A DNA stretch of 64,000 bases from an uncultured Verrucomicrobiae bacterium (lineage in GTDB: Bacteria; Verrucomicrobiota; Verrucomicrobiia; Chthoniobacterales; UBA10450), in assembly GCA_963815455.1 (NCBI GenBank), contig CAWFGO010000001.1:1248001-1312000 (forward strand), in the 5' to 3' direction. This document shows positions 62,644 to 64,000 of the stretch, one piece after another. Within the stretch, counting starts at the first letter, position 1. The number at the start of each line of letters is the position of its first letter. The translations under genes and the position numbers were made by a program. The notes beneath the pieces are model-generated. The model worked only from the letters and a program-made list of their open reading frames with translations, ran no database searches and had not been told where the DNA came from.

Positions 62644-63411
62644 TTATGGCACAATCGGATACTCGACACCCTTCGCACCATGCTCCAGATCATTTGGCGA
62701 TGCCGCCACAATCCGCTCCGATGGTTGCACAGCTCTGGACGCAATGCGAGCCAAGACCACCAACAGCAACGCCGTGGTAACAAAGGCGCCGCCCCACGTC
62801 CAAAACTCGATCATCCGAGGATGAGTTCTGCCACGCATCATCTTGAGTCCCAATTGGCCTAACGTGCCGACATACACATATAGAAAGAGACCCGGTATCC
62901 GGCCGATCGAGGCCCAAAGCATGTAGGCGCCAAACCGAATCCGAGTCACACCGTAAACGTAATTAAGCAGGCTTGTGGGAAAGAGCGGATGCAGTTGAGT
63001 CAACAAAATGATCTTCCAACTTTCCCGCTCCAGGGCCGGTTCCAACGCCCGCAGCGCCGCGTTTTGTCCAAGCTTTCGCCGAAACCACCCACTCGCAAGC
63101 CAACGGCTCGAGGCAAACGAAATGGCCGCACCGATGACGTTGCCCACAAAGACGATCAAAAATCCCCACCAAAGCCCGAAAAAGAAACCGCCGCCCACCG
63201 CCAGCACTCCACCGGGAAGCAGCAGAATGTTACACGCGGCGAACAGAAATGGATAACAAATCGCTCCCCACGCGCCCCAACCGATCACTCGCCTCTGCAG
63301 TGCCTCAAGAAGATCGACAATGGGAAAAAAACGTCCGGACACTGAAACCAGCACCACCACAATTAGCAGTCCCGCGACTTGCCAGTAGATTGCGCGCCGG
63401 ACTTTGAACAT
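62644..63411 (-). CDS. TVP38/TMEM64 (VTT/DedA) family membrane protein
   Basis: LPG..L...GG..FG, LHPLFP...LNY..G.T, multi-TM. Confidence 0.88.
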   Translation of the reverse strand: MFKVRRAIYWQVAGLLIVVVLVSVSGRFFPIVDLLEALQRRVIGWGAWGAICYPFLFAACNILLLPGGVLAVGGGFFFGLWWGFLIVFVGNVIGAAISFASSRWLASGWFRRKLGQNAALRALEPALERESWKIILLTQLHPLFPTSLLNYVYGVTRIRFGAYMLWASIGRIPGLFLYVYVGTLGQLGLKMMRGRTHPRMIEFWTWGGAFVTTALLLVVLARIASRAVQPSERIVAASPNDLEHGAKGVEYPIVP

Positions 63412-63482
63412 CCCCGCATCTTGGCCGTGTCAGAGGCGCCGTGCAAATTCCGCCCAGCCGCGTGTTTCGTTCGCGGCGTCGA

Positions 63483-64000
63483 TTATGAAACACTCGAAGC
63501 GGCGCTTTGCCGACGCGGAATGCCGAGGCTATCAAAAATCACCCGGGTCGCGTCGGACCGATTGAGCGTGTAAAAGTGAATGCCAGCCACGTTATTGTCC
63601 AAGAGATCGTGACATTGCTCCAAGGCGAAGTGAACGCCGACGCGTTTGACCATCTCCCGATCGTTTTCGCAGCGTTGGAGAGCGCGCAGAAGCTTTGCCG
63701 GGAAGCGCGCGCCGCCAGCCAGCTCGGCGATGCGTTTGAATCCGTTCATCGAGGTAATAGGCATGATGCCTGCGATAATGGGAATGTGAATATCGGCGAG
63801 CGCACAACGTTCACGGAAATCGTAAAAGTCGCGGTTGTCGAAAAACAGTTGCGTCACCATGTAGTCGGCGCCGGCCTCCACTTTCGCTTTCAGCAGGTCC
63901 ATTTCGACCAGTCGATTCGGCGTCGCGGGGTGTCCTTCCGGGAACCCGGCAACGCCGATTCCAAAGCCGCGGCGATCCGGATGCGCACCGGCTTCGTTGA
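63483..64000 (-). CDS. metF: 5,10-methylenetetrahydrofolate reductase, 3' part (5' end outside the window)
   Basis: GVAGFPEGHP, KVEAGAD..VTQLFFDN, PIIAGIMPI, GIHFYTLN. Confidence 0.95.
   Translation of the reverse strand, partial: NEAGAHPDRRGFGIGVAGFPEGHPATPNRLVEMDLLKAKVEAGADYMVTQLFFDNRDFYDFRERCALADIHIPIIAGIMPITSMNGFKRIAELAGGARFPAKLLRALQRCENDREMVKRVGVHFALEQCHDLLDNNVAGIHFYTLNRSDATRVIFDSLGIPRRQSAASSVS

Overview
Chromosomal window of a high-GC soil-type bacterium, most likely Verrucomicrobiota/Chthoniobacterales. That placement is an inference from the RpoA N-terminus, the gene content and the repeat families. Housekeeping genes include ggt, thrC, rpsO-pnp, glmM, scpB, lemA-TPM-TPM, rpoA-rplQ, a DEAD-box helicase, purN, gpsA-plsY-mnmG-cdd and metF, and a parS-like site lies inside mnmG. 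The main accessory feature is a ~21 kb minus-strand block (about 20.1-41.1 kb) lying between a PAS histidine kinase and a sigma54 response regulator. It carries two related large secreted proteins (about 4054 aa once one frameshift is repaired, and 1356 aa) with a NarX/NarL-type two-component pair between them. Both proteins end in the same 'S(R/A)KTHG...' beta domain plus dockerin-type tail. Both genes also share a ~200-nt conserved non-coding upstream region (promoter, two covarying hairpins, invariant motifs) that I cannot assign to a known RNA family. This leader plus tail is the best candidate for an undescribed system. Other observations: at least 7 families of REP-like palindromes, some supplying start/stop codons or a protein C-terminus; several -10 boxes 5-7 nt from start codons, suggesting leaderless mRNAs; a 43-aa MetS-like ORF missing from the ORF track; two gene remnants; and two single-base frameshifts that may be sequencing errors. 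I found no tRNA, rRNA, CRISPR array or intact transposase.
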